NCBI GenBank assembly: GCA_913043225.1 | Contig: CAJWLU010000037.1 | Span: forward strand, 1-21,854 | Direction of reading: 5' to 3' | DNA: 21,854 nucleotides | Origin: an uncultured Acidobacteriota bacterium | GTDB taxonomy: Bacteria > Acidobacteriota > Vicinamibacteria > Vicinamibacterales > UBA8438 | Position numbers and translations under genes: made by a program | Part shown: positions 18,215 through 21,854 of the stretch, piece by piece | How the letters are laid out: each line of letters begins with the position of its first letter | How positions within the stretch are numbered: the stretch's first letter is position 1 | The notes under the pieces: model-generated | Told to the model about the DNA's origin: nothing | The model's input: the letters and a program-made list of their open reading frames with translations, nothing else | Databases searched by the model: none

Positions 18215-19420
18215 TCAGAAACGCGCCAGATCATCTGACTCTTGTCTTGGACGGGTACTGGACGGATCGGGTGACACAGCTGTGTCACCCCTAACCGCCT
18301 GAGATGTCACCTCAGGGGTGACAATTTGACACCCCTGAAGCCGTTCACGGCGCTCGGAAACTACCGGAACCACGGAATCACCGGAACCACCTTCTTGTGT
18401 GTCGTTGAGGTTCGTTTCCGTGCCTGGAGTGTGGTTGTTAGGTGGTTCCCGTCTTTGACGGGGAACCACGGCACCAGAAGTAACACCGTACGTGTAGGGG
18501 TCGTTGCGCTTGCCGGTTCCCAACCGGCGCAACCGTCCGGAATCCATCAGCGTCTTGATCGCTTCGAGTGCAATTCCACGTCTGGTGCTGGCGAGCGCGA
18601 CCAGTTCTCGGCTCGTGTACTGCGTGCCTGGTGCCATCGCACCCACCAGGTCGTCCGCGACCGCATTTCTGTTTGCGACACGCTTCGAGGGCCCGGCGGT
18701 AACGTCCCCGGTCTCGGCATCGTGCACGACAGTGATCTCGTCGAGGCCATGGCCGATGCGCTGCTCGGACCCGAAGGTCCGATAGCGGTCGGTCCGGTGC
18801 ATGTAGAGAACATTCGCCACCGAGCCGCTGAGAGCGGTACTGCCCAAGACCGACGCGACGCCCTTACGGAGGCCCTTGTTCGAATGGTGCACGCACAGGA
18901 CGGCGGCGTTGTTTGCCAGGTCCAGCAGCGGCGTCATCAGCCGGGTAACTTCGGCATAGTTGTTGAGGTCCTCCGCGTCGATGTAACGCTGCAGCGTGTC
19001 GATGATGATCAGCCGTGGGCACAGGACCTTGGCTAGATCCGGTACCAGTCCGCAGATCTCCTCCTTCGCACGCTCCGGAAATATGAAGCGAATGTCGTCA
19101 TCGCCGGTCGCTCCCAACAACCGGAAATGGTCCTTGACGTCAGTGGCACGGTCTTCCAGCGCCACGTAGATCACCAACCCCCGCGTGCATTGGCAACCCA
19201 GGAAGTCACCGCCAGTGGCCACGCGATAGGCGAGGCAGCGGCTCATCGTTGACTTGCCGACCTTCGGGGCGGCGACGAAGAGATTCAGTGACCGCTCGGC
19301 GATCAATCCATCGACCACCCAACGCTCTTCCTGCTCAGGTTGGTCGTACAGCTGACGCAAGGAGGTCGTGTGCGCCAACAGGTACTCCTTGAGTTCCTCA
19401 ATTCGATTAATGCTCGGCAT
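18215..19420 (-). CDS. AAA_25 / RepA-like RecA-family helicase/ATPase
   Basis: WVVDGLI, Walker A AAPKVGKS, YVALED, Walker B LIIIDT, VHHSNK, GSTAL; C-terminal winged-helix-like region. Confidence 0.88.
   Translation of the reverse strand: MPSINRIEELKEYLLAHTTSLRQLYDQPEQEERWVVDGLIAERSLNLFVAAPKVGKSTMSRCLAYRVATGGDFLGCQCTRGLVIYVALEDRATDVKDHFRLLGATGDDDIRFIFPERAKEEICGLVPDLAKVLCPRLIIIDTLQRYIDAEDLNNYAEVTRLMTPLLDLANNAAVLCVHHSNKGLRKGVASVLGSTALSGSVANVLYMHRTDRYRTFGSEQRIGHGLDEITVVHDAETGDVTAGPSKRVANRNAVADDLVGAMAPGTQYTSRELVALASTRRGIALEAIKTLMDSGRLRRLGTGKRNDPYTYGVTSGAVVPRQRREPPNNHTPGTETNLNDTQEGGSGDSVVPVVSERRERLQGCQIVTPEVTSQAVRGDTAVSPDPSSTRPRQESDDLARF
18269..18470. repeat. Cluster of palindromes and short repeats, putative replication origin
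   Basis: GGGTGACACAGCTGTGTCACCC (perfect 22-bp palindrome), TGTCACC..GGTGACA, CCGGAACCAC twice, and a GTGGTTCCCGTC-TTT-GACGGGGAACCAC hairpin. Confidence 0.55.
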
Positions 19421-19502
19421 TGTTCACCCGCGTTGGCACGGCCCACACCCAGAGGTCGACGTCATCGCTACGTCGGCGGTAGTCATAGCTATCTCTTTGT
19501 GG

Positions 19503-19691
19503 TCAGCAAGAATCCCAAGGCAGCTCTTGGGCGACTGGTTCAGACCTTTTCGACCGTCCTAGCCTGGCTGGGATGACGACCGTGGAATTGCACCGGTCGC
19601 AGCAGCGTCCGTTAACGACCGGCACCGCGTTATTGCCTGATTTCCACGGCCCAACCGCCGCAATCTCACAGCCGCATATGTCACACTTCAT
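19503..19691 (-). CDS. Small Cys-rich phage-type hypothetical protein (possible Zn finger)
   Basis: CDIC...GNNAVPV.NGRCCDRCN..VVIPARL; overlaps the upstream gene by 4 bp (ATGA). Confidence 0.7.
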   Translation of the reverse strand: MKCDICGCEIAAVGPWKSGNNAVPVVNGRCCDRCNSTVVIPARLGRSKRSEPVAQELPWDSC

Positions 19692-19891
19692 CGTTGGCCT
19701 CCTGTTTGAGTGGCGGCTTTCTCGCGCCGTTCACGAGCGAGTTGCTCGACATCGCAATCCTTGAAGAGACGCTGCCCGCCGTACGTCCGCATGGTGGGTA
19801 GCTTCCCGCTATTCGCTAACTGGCGGACGGTGGCGGAAGCGACGCCGAGGCGCCGGGCTACATCCTGGGTCGTCAAATACATGTCACTCAT
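19688..19891 (-). CDS. MerR/excisionase-family HTH DNA-binding protein
   Basis: YLTTQDVARRLGVASATVRQLANSGKLPTMRTYGGQRLF; RBS ggagg. Confidence 0.85.
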   Translation of the reverse strand: MSDMYLTTQDVARRLGVASATVRQLANSGKLPTMRTYGGQRLFKDCDVEQLARERREKAATQTGGQR

Positions 19892-20011
19892 GCCTCCTGT
19901 CTCATTACCGACGCGGTAAGCATGACAACCGAACTGCTCGGTACAAACCTCACCAAATGCAACGAGCAGCGCGCGCGAATATCTAGTTGGGCGACCGACG
20001 GTGGGGACCGA

Positions 20012-20581
20012 CTAAAGGCCGTGGTATTTGCGGCGCTCCCTGATCCATCTCCGTAGGGTGGACTTCCTCACTCCTGGATCGGTGCTTAGTAGCTGGTCGG
20101 CAATTTGACTGTCTGGCATCCCTGGGTCAGAAAAAAGCCGTCTCTTGATTTCCGGGGTCAGGGCTAGCCGTCTTTCTTCATACTTCTTTTTTCGTGCTGT
20201 ACCGCCAGGGCTTGCCGCTGCCGACCGGAAGCGGCGGTAAGCAATCCGTTCTCGCGTCGTCGGCACTTCAAAGACAAATGACGCGGCCAAAGCGACATGC
20301 GCTATAGCAGCTGCAAGATCGGGTTCTGAATTCAGCGGATCGAGCTGGTCTCTCGCCAGCTCCAGGTAGATCGTCGCGTAGTACGCATCCTCGGTCAGTG
20401 GTACGAGATCTGAACCGTCATCGAGCTCCTGAAGCGCAGTAATGAGACCCACGTCGTCCGTTGGGAGGCCTAGTCCTTCAAGGTACGTATGGAGAAGCTG
20501 TTGCAGACCGGTTACCGCTCTCCGCGACTGCTCTAGCGAGCCAGGCCGCCTCGGCAAAGCCTTGCCTTTACGACCACCCAT
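20012..20581 (-). CDS. Hypothetical protein with basic C-terminal HTH-like region
   Basis: 189-aa ORF co-oriented with the backbone; SQIADQL...STLRRWIRE. Confidence 0.6.
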   Translation of the reverse strand: MGGRKGKALPRRPGSLEQSRRAVTGLQQLLHTYLEGLGLPTDDVGLITALQELDDGSDLVPLTEDAYYATIYLELARDQLDPLNSEPDLAAAIAHVALAASFVFEVPTTRERIAYRRFRSAAASPGGTARKKKYEERRLALTPEIKRRLFSDPGMPDSQIADQLLSTDPGVRKSTLRRWIRERRKYHGL

Positions 20582-20708
20582 CTAGACCATCCTACCGTTG
20601 CCGGATCAGCCGACAACCCCTGACTTTTCCTCTGTCCCACCGAGTCCTAATTGACACGCGAAACGAATCCAGCCAGGCTACCAAGACGTTCATACCACCA
20701 ATCAGCGC

Positions 20709-21854
20709 ATGCGGGGCCAGCCAACCACGTTCTGGGCGAAACTCGAGCGGGACGACCAAGGCATCGTCTCAACTTGGCATCCCCTGCGAGACCACTGCGC
20801 CGATGTTGCGGTCGTCGTAGAGACGCTCCTTCGCCTGCCGCTCTGGCGCAACCGACTCTCCCGTTTAGCTGGCCTGGTCGACCTTGATGAGATTACCCGA
20901 GCACGACTGTGCGTACTGGCGGCACTGCACGACGTCGGCAAGTTCAACTTGGGATTCCAAGCCAAGGGTCTTCCCGCCCTCGGTCAACCCGCAGGACATG
21001 TCACGCCAGCTCTGGCGGCTGTAACAGAAGGCTACCTCAATAAGCGCTTGGCTAGTCTGGCACCTTGGGGACCTGGCACACTGGGACTGCTCGTTACCTC
21101 GATCTGCCACCACGGCCGACCCTTTGGTGCGCGGTTCGACGCCGGCAGCTGTCGGGAACCGTTTCGCCGGTCGTTCTGGTCACCACGTCTCGGATTCAAC
21201 CCAGCCAACGGCATCGATGCCTTACTAACGACGTGCCAGGACTGGTTTCCCCAAGCGTTCACCGACGACGGCCCTGCCCTCCCGACCGCTCCGGCCTTCG
21301 AACACGCCTTCGCCGGCCTCGTGATGCTGGCGGACTGGCTCGGGTCAAACGTCGACTACTTTCCGTTCACTGAACAGGGTGATCCCGATCGTATCGCTGC
21401 CTCTCGAGAAAGGGCCGAGCGAATCGCGCACAAGATGTGGCTATCCGTCGGTCTCGGGATGCGGTCACCAGACGGCCCAGAGGTTGACCCCTTCGACCGG
21501 ATCAGCGCCTTCACGCCCACAGACGCCCAGCGGGCGGTCTGCAGTCTCCACAACTCCGGCGGCGGCAGCATCGCGGTGTTCGAATCCGAAACCGGGAGCG
21601 GCAAGACCGAAGCAGCCCTCGCCCACTTCGTCAGGCTGTTCACACAGACTCAGGTGGATGGTCTGTACTTCGCCCTCCCTACCCGTACATCAGCGACCCA
21701 AATGTTCGAGCGCGTCCGCCATGCGGTCCGGCGCGCGTTCACCCAGCCACCTCCAGTGGCTCTGGCAGTACCCGGCTATCTGAAAATCGATGAGGTGTCT
21801 GGGAGCCGACTTCCGGACTTCCGTGTGCAATGGCCGGACGTCGATAGGTTTCGC
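20709..21854 (+). CDS. cas3: CRISPR-associated HD nuclease/helicase Cas3 (type I-E-like), 5' part, runs off the window
   Basis: Manual translation from ATG 20709: FWAK, WHPLRDHCADV, LHDVGK, GH, CHHGRP, LADWLGS, ETGSGKTEAA, YFALPTRTSATQMFER. Open to the window end, so it is absent from the ORF track. Confidence 0.93.
   Translation, partial: MRGQPTTFWAKLERDDQGIVSTWHPLRDHCADVAVVVETLLRLPLWRNRLSRLAGLVDLDEITRARLCVLAALHDVGKFNLGFQAKGLPALGQPAGHVTPALAAVTEGYLNKRLASLAPWGPGTLGLLVTSICHHGRPFGARFDAGSCREPFRRSFWSPRLGFNPANGIDALLTTCQDWFPQAFTDDGPALPTAPAFEHAFAGLVMLADWLGSNVDYFPFTEQGDPDRIAASRERAERIAHKMWLSVGLGMRSPDGPEVDPFDRISAFTPTDAQRAVCSLHNSGGGSIAVFESETGSGKTEAALAHFVRLFTQTQVDGLYFALPTRTSATQMFERVRHAVRRAFTQPPPVALAVPGYLKIDEVSGSRLPDFRVQWPDVDRFR

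Larger units (their letters stand above)
16625..21854. mobile_element. tmRNA-targeting integrative element (satellite/PICI-like backbone) carrying cas3; continues beyond the window
   Basis: att core followed by int, xis-like HTH, AAA helicase, small phage-type ORFs and cas3. Confidence 0.8.

Noticed and set aside
20651..20680. Sigma70 promoter for cas3 (TTGACA at 20651)
   Set aside because: Perfect -35, but the -10 at 17 bp spacing (CAGGCT) is weak; not enough to call.
20651..21783. Short ORFs listed in the track over the last 1.2 kb
   Set aside because: They are alternative frames of the cas3 reading frame starting at 20709.

Overview
High-GC bacterial DNA, probably Acidobacteriota (inferred from an ADOP-type permease fragment, a kinase/PD40 gene and a DUF1592 gene). 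It is best read as a stack of tandem or nested genomic islands at a tmRNA (ssrA) attachment site. Two identical 26-bp copies of a tmRNA-type 3' end (13387-13412, 16625-16650) act as att cores. A bipartite motif GTCTCC-N5/6-TCTCC occurs six times (7, 10087, 10148, 13240, 16476, 16695); three copies sit near the cores, two of them at nearly the same distance upstream, and it looks like an integrase arm-binding site. Right of 16650 is an apparently intact satellite-like element: tyrosine integrase, excisionase-like HTH, AAA_25/RepA-like helicase with iteron-like repeats, small phage-type genes, and a type I-E-like cas3 that runs off the window and is missing from the ORF track. Left of 16650 is an integrase-less cargo region. 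It begins with a C-terminal remnant of a related integrase (1-88) and contains two copies of a DUF5681 element-end module. Its cargo is mostly exported proteins: a DUF1592 cytochrome c protein, DUF1330, a TPR lipoprotein, an epoxide hydrolase, two PQQ dehydrogenases (one with a lanthanide-type motif) and a Ser/Thr kinase, separated by truncated gene scars. All family assignments come from motif recognition, not database searches.
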